From Octopus bimaculoides (taxonomy: Eukaryota): a stretch of DNA of 64,000 nucleotides. Below, one piece after another: positions 47,825 through 59,275 of this stretch (its first letter is position 1; the number at the start of each line of letters is the position of its first letter). Made by a program: the position numbers and the translations under genes. The notes below the pieces were generated by a model. It had not been told where the DNA came from, ran no database searches, and saw only the letters and a program-made list of their open reading frames with translations. The stretch is taken from contig NC_068981.1 of the NCBI RefSeq assembly GCF_001194135.2, forward strand, positions 130,249,249 to 130,313,248. The letters are read 5' to 3'.

Positions 47825-48550
47825 TATTGCACTGTCTTTGGAACTTATTCCTGTGGCTTCCCATCACCATCTTCTTTTCAATCATTGCATTTATCCTTCC
47901 AAGATTTCTTTTGAGCTCTTCAACTTGATTTTCATATCTCCATTTTCATCATAGGCCTTTCATCCTTGCCTTTCCTTGACTTACAGCCCCCAAGAATTTC
48001 TATAGCAACAGAAGCTGTGCAGTATATGAGGTCATTTAATTCTGTTATATTTTCAATATAGAAAAGTTAACAAGTTGTCCAGCTTCTTTACTATTTCACA
48101 TAGTTTTTCTGTTTTAATTCCTTTCAACGATAGTAGTCTTTTTCTTTCACTACTCCATGTCTCATTTAGCCATTAAGTAGGCTCCTTTTCTCCTCTGTAG
48201 CATCCTTTCCTTCTAAAATTTGTTTTCATCCTGGCTATTATTTCTCCCCTCAGGATTTCTTGGATTCTTTGTTATTTCTTGTTTAATCTCCTTTTCTTCT
48301 ACATAGCCATGTTCTTTATCTTCAACTATTCTGGAGATCTCTTCCAGCACCAACTCAGGATAGCCACTGTCTTTTCAAAATTAAATTTTTCTAGTCTAAA
48401 AGTCTTTGTTATGTTATTGGAACATGTCATTCTCTAACCATATTTTACCCACCCTTTTCCTGTATCCTATTTTAGCAGGCTCACTTCCAATAACATTTCA
48501 TTACAGTTCTTTTGTCATTCTGAGACCATCTTCTCTTAATCTTTGCAGAA
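47825..48550 (-). mobile_element. R4/Dong-like non-LTR retrotransposon relic (N-terminal part)
   Basis: Frameshifted peptides GYRKRVGKIWLE, QRLLD*KNLILKRQWL, ELVLEEISR and ENITELNDLIYCTASVAIE match the N-terminal motifs I recognise from R4/Dong-clade ORFs. Confidence 0.6.
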
Positions 48551-49151
48551 GAAGTTAAATAATAACCAGGCTCATTCTGCTGTGTAGTGGAACATTTGCT
48601 GTGTGAGAGTCCTATACTTGGGATCTGGTCACATTAATTCAGTTGTGATAATATTCAGTTGTTATTGGGATAGGATAGTAGTGTTAAAGTGTCACAACCA
48701 TCTGTACTTTTAATTGAGATGTCATTTTTAGAGGGTTGCCAGCCAAAGCTAAAGAAACTCTCTGCCCTTTGCGGTAGACCTAGCTCTGAAAAGATGACTG
48801 TCATTTTTTTTTATCTGAGGGTACATTATTGCTACTATCACGAGCTAATAGTACAGTGTACAGAGGTTAATCATGATAATAAAACAGGGTTCATCAGCAA
48901 CAATACTAATTGCTTGCGCCAAAATTTGAAACCATTAGGTGCATTGTTAGCACACTGGGCAAATGGCTTTGGCATTTTGTCTGTCTTCGCATTCTGAGTT
49001 CAAATTTCACTGAGGTTGACTACCTTTCATCCTTTTTTTTTAAATATTGCTATTCAGATGCTGTAATTTATCTGTGTAGGACTGCAAAATATTTCCATAT
49101 AAAAACTGTTGTTGACATATATACCAGAGACATCTTGCATTATATTTTCAG

Positions 49152-49345
49152 GTAGTCCATTGGATACGTCATTTAAAATGTTACACGAGGCTGAAGAAAA
49201 ATTGAAGACCATTGTGCGCAATAAATTTGATGCTTCTGTTCATTCAGGTGATGTTGCATCTGTTGAACGATTCTTCAAAATTTTCCCTCTTCTACGTTTA
49301 CATGAAGAAGGTTTAACCAAATTTGGAAAATACTTAGCTGCCCAG
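49152..49345 (+). CDS. COG4: COG4 coding exon 6
   Basis: SPLDTSFKMLHEAEEKLKTIVRNKFDASVHSGDVASVERFFKIFPLLRLHEEGLTKFGKYLAAQ, containing the VERFFKIFPLL hallmark; 194 nt. Confidence 0.98.
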
Positions 49346-51012
49346 GTGAGTGATTACTGTTATTATTTAGCACAAAACGAAGTTTCATGTTAAATGTGAA
49401 CAGCTGAAGAATATATGACTGCTGGAATATGTATAAATTCTTCCATAGACTATTTCAGTATGTCATTATCATCATCATTTAATGTCTGCTTTCCATGCTG
49501 GCTTGAGTTAGATGGTTTGAATGGAACTGGTAAGCTGGAGAGCTGCACCATGTTCTAGTCTGATTTGGCATGGTTTCTACAGCCAGATGCCCTTCCTAAC
49601 ACCAACCAGTCCAAGAGTGTAATGGGTACTTTTTATGTGCCACAGTCATGGGTGCCATTTACATGATACCAGCAATGCCACAACTATGATTTCACAGGTG
49701 CCATTTACATGACACTGCCATTTACATGACACTGCCATTTACATGACACTGCCATTACTAGGGTTTCTCTTGGCTTGACGAGACTTCTCAAGCGCAGCAT
49801 ATCGCCAAGGTTTCAGTTACTTGTCATCACCTCCATGAAGCTCAGCATTCGAAGATCATGTTCCTGGCAACTTCCATGATTACAATTTCATGGGTGCCAT
49901 TCACATGACACCAGTAATGGTCATGGTACCTGTTTAACCCTTTAGCATTCTGGTTACTCAACCAAAAGTAATGCTTATTTATTCACATTGTTTTGAATTA
50001 ATCATACATTATCTTGTAGCTTTACAATTTTGATGATGTGATCTTTGGATGTTGAGTCTCATTGAGGCAATGATAAATGATTGAAACTTTGGGCAATTTG
50101 CTGTGTTTGAGAAGACACGCCAAGCTAAGTAAAATTGTAGTCATGGTCAGTGCTGGTGACACGCAAAAGGCACCCATGCCAGTGACATGTAAAAGGCACC
50201 TGTGCCAGTGACACATAAAGGGTACTTGTACTGGTGGCATGTAAAAGGCACCCAGTATACTCTGTGGTGTGGATGGTGTTAGGAAAGGCATCCAGCTATA
50301 GAAACCTAACCAGAACAGACTGGAGCCTTCACTGCTCCTGAATGAATAGCCAGAGGAGCAGCCAACAAACAAAATTTATGGGAGAGTATATGACTTTAGC
50401 ACAAAATCATTCCAACTATAATGGAAGTATCAGGTTATTAAAAATAAACACTAACACTAAATCACAGTAAGTCACTAGTAAATAATTGATATAGGTGATC
50501 AGAAGAGGATGGTAGATGTCATTTTGATTCACACTGTTATTTTCCTTATTTTTCTGGGTGTAAATTTTAACTCTTTAGTATTTAAACTGGCCATACCTGA
50601 CCAGTTTTGTGCTCAAACCAGTCAGATTTGGTTTTACACACCTACCCTACAATGTCATTCTAAAAATGAACTATCAGATCATGAAAATCCCAAAGCGATC
50701 AGATGATGCATATTTATTTCAAAACAATGTGAATAAATAAGCATTACATTTGACAGAGTAAAAAGCACCCACTACACTCTCTGAGTGGTTGGTGTTAGGA
50801 AGGGCATCCAGCTGTAGAAACTCTGCCAAATCAGATTGGAGCCTGGTGTAGCCATCTGGTTTCACCAGTCCTCAGTCAAATCGTCCAACCCATGCTAGCA
50901 TGGAAAGCGGACGTTAAACGACGATGATGATGATGATGATTATTATTATTATTTTTTTTTTTTTCAAGAAAATNNNNNNNNNNATTTTTTTTTTTTTTTT
51001 TGTATATTCCAG

Positions 51013-51169
51013 TTTTCAGAACCAGTTGGTAAAACTTTGTCTGAAAATCTAAAAATTACTGATGATGATAAGAGATCAAATATCCTGTTTGCTGATGTTA
51101 TAACTACCATGTTTGAAAGAATTGCTCGTATTGTTGAAACACACCAGCCTCTAGTTGAAACTTTCTATG
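51013..51169 (+). CDS. COG4: COG4 coding exon 7
   Basis: FSEPVGKTLSENLKITDDDKRSNILFADVITTMFERIARIVETHQPLVETFY(G). ttccag at 51012 is the only in-frame acceptor nearby; donor ATG|gtcagt; 157 nt. The 5' boundary lies close to an N-gap. Confidence 0.88.
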
Positions 51170-51403
51170 GTCAGTACACAATTTACACTATCATTATCAT
51201 CATCACTGTTCTATTTATGTCTCCTTTTCCATTCTAGCATAGCTGTGTAGTTAAGAAGTTTGCTTTGCAACTCTGTAGTTCTGGATTGAATCAAACTGGG
51301 AGGCACATTGGGTAAATGTCTTTCACAGTAGCTTTGGGTTGGTCAGTGTCTTTCGAGTGAAATTTGGTAGACAAAAACTATGTGGAAACCTATATGATAC
51401 ATG

Positions 51404-51652
51404 TATTGAATAATACAGTTATGGGACTCACATACAGGACTTCAAGTTTCTGCATCAATGACACAATGATCACTACACCTCTTTAGCTGTTGTAAGTCCA
51501 GTGTCTGTAGCATCATAAATTACAAACATCTGTAATTAATGGTGCTATGGGCACCAGACTAACAACAGCTGAAGAGGCGCAAGGATCATAATATCATTGA
51601 CACAGAAATTTCATGTCCTGTATGTTAGTCTCCATAATTGTATCATTCAATA
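51404..51652. repeat. About 120-bp-arm fold-back palindrome
   Basis: tattgaataatacagttatgggact...cataaattaca [aacatc] tgtaattaatggtgct...tccataattgtatcattcaata. Confidence 0.85.
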
Positions 51653-52797
51653 AATATAGTCTTCTGTTTCCAATTATATTGATGTCTACTTCTTTTGTCA
51701 TCACACACGATTTGTCAATATATATATATATATATATATATATCTATATATATATATATATTTATTTATTTATTTATTTATGTGTTTCAACCAAGTGGCT
51801 GCGGTCATGCTGGTGCAATATAATAAATCTGTAATTGTGTGATGGTGCTATCTTTTTTGACATTAACTCTTGTTACATTATGCAGAATATCTTTCATTTT
51901 TTTAAAGATAGAAGAGTCTGATTCGAGAGAAATTTAGCTGCTATTTCTCTAAGTTGAGTGTCCATGTAGTGGTTCCCTCCATTAGTAATGTTTGTTTTGC
52001 TCTCCTGGTATGGGTTTGATAGGTCAGCATGTTTTTGTGGATCTTGATGCTATATCATCTCATCAAAGAAGAGTAGAAGCTCCATACTACTACACTCTTC
52101 CTACCTTTTGTTTCAGTGACCTTGGCAACCTGGCAGAAATGTTTAGCAGCATTTTTTTGGGGTTGTCATCATCATTGTTTAACGTCTGCTTTCCATGCTA
52201 GCATGGGTTGGACGATTTGACTGAGGACTGGCAAACCAGATGGCTACGCCAGGCTCCAATCTGATTTGGCAGAGTTTCTACAGCCCTTCCTAACGCCAAC
52301 CACTCTGAGAGTGTAGTGGGTGCTTTTACGTGCCACCGGCACGAAGGCCAGTCAGGCGGTACTGGCAACGGCCACACTCAAAATGGTGTATTTTATGTGC
52401 CACCTGCACAGGAGCCAGTCCGGCGGCACTAGCAACGACCTCGCTCGAATGTCTTTTCACGTGCCACCAGCACAAGTGCCGGTGAACATTCTAAATTCAG
52501 ATTCTGTTAAAGTCACTCAACTTCAACTTTCATCCTTTTGGAATTGATAAAATAAAGTACCAGTCAAGTACTGGATTAATGTAATTGATTACTCTCTCTC
52601 TCCTATAAACTGCTTGCCTTGTGCCGCAGTTAGAAAGACTTCTTATCTCATGATTCACTATATGGAAATGCTCACGTTTTGGTTATGTAAACATTATTTC
52701 AGATTTTTATTTTGAAGTAGCAACAGGTAGTTTCTAATCATTACTGGTATATTCAGTAAGTTTTATGTTGCATTATTTCCACTCATATTTCCTACAG

Positions 52798-52904
52798 GAC
52801 CCGGGAAACTTGATATCATACTGATGCTGTTACAAAAAGAATGTGATCGACAAGCAAGAACGACCATCAAAGAATTCAAAAAGCGGCGGGATTTTGACTA
52901 TAAG
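52798..52904 (+). CDS. COG4: COG4 coding exon 8
   Basis: (G)PGKLDIILMLLQKECDRQARTTIKEFKKRRDFDYK; cctacag acceptor, AAG|gttaat donor; 107 nt. Confidence 0.95.
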
Positions 52905-53113
52905 GTTAATTCAGTTTAAATCAATCAATGTGTTGCATCTAAATGACTGTTATTTTATTATAGGTACAGATGTGTCTGTGTGGTTAAGAAGCTTGCTTCT
53001 CAGCCACAAGGGCTTGGGTTTGGTCTCACTGTGCAACATCTTGTGCAAATATTTTCTACTGCTGCTCCAGGCTGGCCAAGGCCTTGTGAGTGGATTTGAT
53101 TGATGGAAACTGA

Positions 53114-53234
53114 AAAGAGCCTGTCATATATCCATCAAATATGTGTATGTATGTATATATATGTATATATTTATATATATATACACACATATACACACAT
53201 ATATATGTGATGGATATATGATGACAGGCTCTTT
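53114..53234. repeat. Inverted repeat around a (TA/TG) microsatellite
   Basis: aaagagcctgtcatatatccatca / tgatggatatatgatgacaggctcttt. Confidence 0.85.
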
Positions 53235-53264
53235 AAATATATTGTGAAGGTACATGGCTCAGTG

Positions 53265-53560
53265 GTTAGAACTTCAGGCTCACAGTCATGAGGTAGTTTG
53301 TTCGATTCCTGGACTGGGTTGTGTGTTGTGTTCCTGTGCGAGATACTTTATTTCATGTTGCTCCAGTTCACTCAGCTGTAGAAATGAGTTGTGATGTCAC
53401 TGGTGCCAAGCTGTATTGGACTTTACCTTTTCCTTGGATAACATCAGTGGTATGGAGAGGGAAGGCTGGTATGCATAGGCAACTGCTGGTCTTCCATAAA
53501 TGACCTTGCCCAGACTTGTACAATCCCATGGCCATTCATGACCAAAGGGGTTCTTTACCC
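53265..53560 (+). mobile_element. Additional tRNA-derived SINE family
   Basis: A box TGGCTCAGTGG, B box GTTCGATTCC, and body gttgctccagttcactcagctgtagaaatgag. Confidence 0.65.
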
Positions 53561-53639
53561 TTTATTTATATATAATTCATTTTCACTTTATCAGCAGATA
53601 CTTGCTGAAATATTATATAATCACAACATTGACAAGGCC

Positions 53640-54132
53640 ATCAATTGCTGTTATACACTGCTGGTCACAATGCACTTCTAGTTCTTTCTTGATTGATCGA
53701 TTCTTTTCCACCTTGACCCATATTGCTTGACTAAATTGGCCTTCTCATCATCATGGAGATTATAGAGGCCTTTTCTGATCTCTTGAATGCAACATAGCAA
53801 CTGCATGGGTTCACCTGTTGTCTGAACCCTTTGACATGTCTGACCCAGCAGAATTTATGCTTTTGGTACTCTGTGCTCACAGTGTTTACTCCACTCCATT
53901 CTTGAATTATCTCATTTCGAATGTGCTCTGACAGCTTTGAAATCACGTGACCTAGCACTTCTGGCACCAATGTCAGATAGTTCTTATCTGCTAACAGTAT
54001 ATCTGTACTCTTAGCACTGTATGTCTATATGAGAAGATCTCTCAAGGCAAACTCTGCTGTAAAAGCTAATATTAATATTTCTGATAATACATTCACGTTA
54101 AGTTGCTCTGCAATCATTTCATCATCTGACAT
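53640..54132 (-). pseudogene. Decayed intronless Myb-repeat (DMTF1/TTF1/Reb1-like) coding fragment, antisense in COG4 intron 8
   Basis: 134 codons from ATG 54132 to 53731 with a single internal TAG, then a frameshift into RKGLYNLHDDEKANLVKQYGSRWKRIDQ, which fits a Myb repeat (G.Y...D...LV..YG..W..I). Confidence 0.55.
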
Positions 54133-54593
54133 GTGGCACGTTGTGCACCTGCACAGGTAATGTCGATTTGATGGAGGGAGTGAGCTTATGTGAACACAGA
54201 CATTTGATCACTATAAACAAACCGTCTGTGTGTTTGTTCGGCAAGAAATTGCAGAATCCTTATACGTCATCTAACAACAGGAGACTCTATGATATACATT
54301 TATATGTGTATGTGTGATTACGGGGGTGAATACAAAATTTGCATACCAAACAAAATATACTTTGTAGTATTTAGTTTGGATCAAATTATTTTTCTTAATG
54401 TCAAGAGCGTCTTGCTTTTTGTTTCTTATGAGATTCATAAAGTCAGTACTACAAACAAGTATGAATATGAATAGCTAAGACTCCAGAAAGTTGGTGCTCC
54501 AGCACACTTAAAAGAAGATAAAAATTTAATTTAACGAAAGCAGTGATAAGTATTTTATTTTATTTTTTAACTTCTGTCTTATTTCTTCTTCAG

Positions 54594-54643
54594 GTCCAAC
54601 AAGTTCAACAAAGCATGTTGTTCTCTAAAAGTTCCAATGAGAA
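54594..54643 (+). CDS. COG4: COG4 coding exon 9
   Basis: VQQVQQSMLFSKSSNE(K); long pyrimidine tract plus cag, GAA|gtaagt donor; 50 nt; phases fit both neighbours. Confidence 0.88.
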
Positions 54644-56057
54644 GTAAGTATCTGTTGTTGATTCCTTGTTTTCTTTTACCATATTTCCTTCTATACCACC
54701 TCCTAACGTCATCATAAAATAGATTTCTTATATTTTGTGGGGATGGTGTTTATTAGTTAGAATAAAGGAAACAGTTGCAAATGACCTTTGTATGCCATTC
54801 CAGATTGGTGAAATCAATGTATTTTATAGTCATATATGCTCTTGCTTTTCATAAATTACATGTTCAGTTACCGTCAAGTACTTAGACATCTTAAAAACAC
54901 CTCAAAAGTACTACAACAGCATTTTACATTCATTGTCTCCCTCATCAGATGTTTGAAAATTCAGGGTATACTCAATGAAATAGCTGCTTCATCGATTTCT
55001 TTTCTATGCAGAATTAGAAGCTCCTTTAAATATATCTTGAGGTATATGCTGAAACCAGCTTATTTGTCACCGATACATATTCCCAAGTTTTCTGAATTTA
55101 TAAAAAAAGTAATCAAGCAAATTAAGTTTATTCTTTCAGTTTGAAGGTTATTTAATGTAACAATGAATCTATATTGATAAGTCCATTGATTGTCTGTGTT
55201 GTCAATCTACTCATCAAAGTGTCTATGATATTTATAATAAACAAATCCTTTCCTCATTGTTCTAAATCTTTGAGCATCATGTCCTCAGTAAGGTTGAGAT
55301 GGTTGTAGCTAGATATTCTGATTAATTAGTTTGGCATATTCAGCTGCCTCCATACAATTTCATAATATTTCATGATGAAATGAGTGATTGGCCAACTATT
55401 TCTACGCTGTCAATTTGCTGAAGCCATTCAACAAAAATAACTTTAGTATTTGTTTCTTGTAAGTAGCTTGCTTACCAACCACATGGTCCCAGGTTCAGTC
55501 CATAGGCGTAGGAGTGGCTGTGTGGTAAGTAGCTTGCTTACCAACCACATGGTCCCGGGTTCAGTCCCACTGCGTGGCATCTTGGGCAAGTGTCTTCTAC
55601 TATAGCCTCGGGCCGACCAAAGCCTTGTGAGTGGATTTGGTAGACGGAAGCTGAAAGAAGCCTGTCGTATATATGTATATATATATATGTATGTGTTTGT
55701 ATGTCTGTGTTTGTCCCCCCCAACATCACTTGACAACCGATGCTGGTGTGTTTANNNNNNNNNNNNNNNNNNNNNNNNNNNNNNNNNNNNNNNNNNNNNN
55801 NNNNNNNNNNNNNNNNNNNNNNNNNNNNNNNNNNNNNNNNNNNNNNNNNNNNNNNNNNNNNNNNNNNNNNNNNNNNNNNNNNNNNNNNNNNNNNNNNNNN
55901 NNNNNNNNNNNNNNNNNNNNNNNNNNNNNNNNNNNNNNNNNNNNNNNNNNNNNNNNNNNNNNNNNNATTGGTTATGTATGTCTTGAATGTTTTACATTAC
56001 TATACTACAAAATAAACAAGGTTAAACTGAACTGTTTTTACTGGATTATTTTTTTAG

Positions 56058-56154
56058 GCTGGATTTCAAACAGTTAGATGTGTTATTATCAGAACTGGTC
56101 TTACTGAACACCCGTGCTGAACTTTATATTCGCTTTATGAAGAAGAGATCATTG
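56058..56154 (+). CDS. COG4: COG4 coding exon 10
   Basis: LDFKQLDVLLSELVLLNTRAELYIRFMKKRSL; tttttag acceptor, TTG|gtgagt donor; 97 nt. Confidence 0.95.
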
Positions 56155-56272
56155 GTGAGTTGTACCTTATTCTCAGCAAGCTTCTTGACTACGCAATGTT
56201 GCCTGCATCTATGCTGTGAATAATGTGATTCAGAAATAATAACAAAAGAAAAACATATTATTTTCATTTCAG

Positions 56273-56315
56273 AATGACATTGATGTTGGCATCCAGGATG
56301 CAGAGCTAAAAAAAG
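56273..56315 (+). CDS. COG4: COG4 coding exon 11
   Basis: NDIDVGIQDAELKK(E); catttcag acceptor, AAG|gtgaga donor; 43 nt, after a 118-nt intron. Confidence 0.88.
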
Positions 56316-57724
56316 GTGAGAGTACATTTATACTGAATGAAATTAGTTTATTATTCATAAAAGGAATGATTTCTGTTTTATATATTGGTTTTAGATTTTG
56401 GCACAGGACCAGCAATTTCGGGGGAGGGGGTAAGTCGATTACATCAACCCCAGTGCTCAACTGGTACCTATTTTATCTGCCTCAAAAGGATGAAGGGCAA
56501 AGCTAACTTCAGTGGAATTTGAAGTCAGAATGTGAAGATGAACGAAATGCTACTAAGCATTTTGCTTGACATGCTGATGGTTCTGCCAGCTCATCACCTT
56601 TTCTGTCTCATATATTAAACACTAACATTCTTTTTGCTAAAAAAAAAAAAATTGAATTTACATGGGATTGCAATGCATGCAGACAGCTCCATACCATGTC
56701 ATCATCATCATCATCATTTCACCATCCACTTTCCCATGCTTGCATGGACTGGATGACCTTTGTAGAGGTGGATTTTCTATGGCTGGATGTTCTTGTTGCC
56801 AATGCTCACCTTTTTCCAAATAAGGTAATATTCCCCCTATGGCCAGACATGTTTTCGTGGAAGTTTGGAAACAAAGAACACTGTTTGTATGATGATGGCA
56901 CTTGTTTATAGCTGTCACACAAAATCAAGGCAAAGTGGTAGTAACACACACACACACACATATACACATCATATACAACTACAACAGAGTTCTTTAGTTT
57001 CCTTCTACCTGGGGTTGTAGTGGAAAACATTTGCCCAATGTTAACATTCTTTTTTGTTAAAAATATTGAGCCTGGCAGAAATTTACTTGGGATTGCAATG
57101 CATACTGACAGCTCCAAACCATGTATTTAAAGAAATTGCTCAACCCATAGTAACAGTCCTAAAAGGATAAATATTTACAAGGAATATGCAAAATGTAAAC
57201 TGAATGAAGAAAAAAAAAAAGTGGAAGCAAACAAACTAGAACTAATATAATTGAGATACATTTGATTGATGGTAAAACATCATCATAGCAATCTGAACTT
57301 GTTAACTTGCTCTCGGTAGTTTATAACTTGCCAACAGTAGTTCAGAACTTTTCCAAGATTCTCAATCAACAATGCATTCCATATTATCTTTGTTGTAGAA
57401 TTAGAGGATGAGTATTTTACAATTATAGTAATTTTGAGTAGTATTTTTTTTAATATCAAATTGATTACATTAAATATTTTTATACACTTAATGTATCTAC
57501 TCGTGTATAAGGTGTATCCTAATTTAGTTAAATCTTGGTACAAAATATTTTTCTGTTCATAGTTTTAGCTTTGCCTCATATATAAGTCACACTTCAGTTT
57601 TTTTCATTTAAAATCAAGTATAGAATAGTATAACTGTACATGAGCAAATACAATAAATCAGAAAGCTTATAATCATAAATTTCACCATCATCATCATGTT
57701 TTCCATACTGGTATGGGTTAGATG

Positions 57725-58270
57725 GGAGGCGCAATGGCCCAGTGGTTAGGGCAGCGGACTCGCGGTCATAGGATCACGGTTTCGATTCCCAGACCGGACG
57801 TTGTGAGTGTTTATTGAGCGAAAACACCTAAAGCTCCACGAAGCTCCGGCAGGGAATGGTGGCGAACCCTGCTGTACTCTTCCACCACAACTTTCTCTCA
57901 CTCTTACTTCCTATTTCTGTTGTGCCTGTAATTCAAAGGGTCAGCCTTGTCACACTGTGTCACGCTGAATATCCCCGAGAACTACGTTAAGGGTACACGT
58001 ATCTGNNNNNNNNNNATGGTGGCGAACCCTGTTGTACTCTTCCACCACAACTTTCTCTCACTCTTACTTCCTATTTCTGTTGTGCCTGTAATTCAAAGGG
58101 TCAGCCTTGTCACACTGTGTCACGCTGAATATCCCCGAGAACTACGTTAAGGGTACACGTATCTGTGGAGTACTCAGCCACTTGCACGTTAATTTCACGA
58201 ACAGGCTGTTCCGTTGATCAGATCAACTGGAACCCTCGACGTCGTAAGCGATGGAGTGCCAACAACAACA
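57725..58270 (+). mobile_element. Same tRNA-derived SINE, inserted into an RTE-tail element
   Basis: A/B boxes, (CAA)n tail, 12-bp TSD atgggttagatg (57713-57724 and 58271-58282). The internal 150-bp duplication across the N-gap is probably an assembly artefact. Confidence 0.85.
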
Positions 58271-58462
58271 ATGGGTTAGATGGTTTGATTGAAACTGGTA
58301 AGCTGGAGAGCTGCACCAAGCTACTGTTTGTTTTGGCTTGGTTTCTATGGCTGGATGCCCTTCCTAACATCAACCACTCCACAGAATGGAAAAAAACCCT
58401 GGCTAAACCAAAATTGAAATTCACTAAAACTGTTTAGCTTTTTAAAGAATTATGATTCTAGT

Positions 58463-58686
58463 TTAACCCTTTAGTATTCAGATTACTCTGTCAAATGTAA
58501 GGCTTATTTATTCACATTGTTCTGTATTAATCATGTATTATATCATAACTTTGAGATTTTGATATGATTGTTTATTTCTAGAATTATATTGTAGGGCAAG
58601 TGTGAGAGGTTGGATCTATCCAGTTTGAACATAAAACAGAAATAATATTTTGGCCAGATATGGCCCATTTAAATGCTAAGGGTTAA
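58463..58686. mobile_element. piggyBac-type MITE, second family, complete
   Basis: TTAA CCCTTTAG...CTAAGGG TTAA. Related copies or fragments at 23801-24027, 9504-9728, 10635-10706, 19683-19737, 49934-50040 and 50565-50760. Confidence 0.8.
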
Positions 58687-58843
58687 AATGATTTCTAGAT
58701 CACCATTCTTGATTTTTATTTTGAAAAACTTCTTAGTTTTATTGATTTGAAATTGAAAAAGAAAACTTGAATTGAAACTTCTATTCATAGTTTTTGTGCC
58801 AAATGCTGTTATTAGCTAATTTTGTGTTATGCAATTTCAATAG

Positions 58844-58962
58844 AAAAACATGCCATTGTTGAAAGGAACTTTAATAACTGTGATCTTAGTCGCCTAATGC
58901 AAGACTTAATTGGTAATTATATACTAATGGAAGAATATTTCATGCGAGAAATGGTCTTGAAG
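58844..58962 (+). CDS. COG4: COG4 coding exon 12
   Basis: (E)KHAIVERNFNNCDLSRLMQDLIGNYILMEEYFMREMVLK, containing the conserved MQxLIGxYxxMEEYFMRE motif; 119 nt. Confidence 0.97.
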
Positions 58963-59229
58963 GTAAGTCAAGTCATATGTTCTTTTTATTTCTCTCCTTA
59001 CATATGTTCAGGAATGCTGATGAATTTTTGGTTTTTCTTCTGTTAACTATTTTTATCTTTTACTTGTTTCAGTCATTAGATTGAGTCCATGCTGGGACAC
59101 TTATTTTTTAAAGCCTCATGCTTATTCTATCGGTCTCTTTTACCGAACCACTAATTTATGGAGATACAAACACATCAGCAGTAGTTGGGGGACAAATACA
59201 GACATAAAGACACACGCACATAGATACAT

Positions 59230-59275
<46 letters not shown>

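Noticed and set aside
55372-55421. ATGATGA...CTGA, a possible C/D snoRNA
   Set aside because: Only 50 nt, no terminal stem and no recognisable rRNA complementarity.
57856-58165. 150-bp tandem duplication inside a SINE; similar duplications at 8195-8265 and around 50974
   Set aside because: The copies flank 10-N spacers, typical of unmerged contig overlaps.
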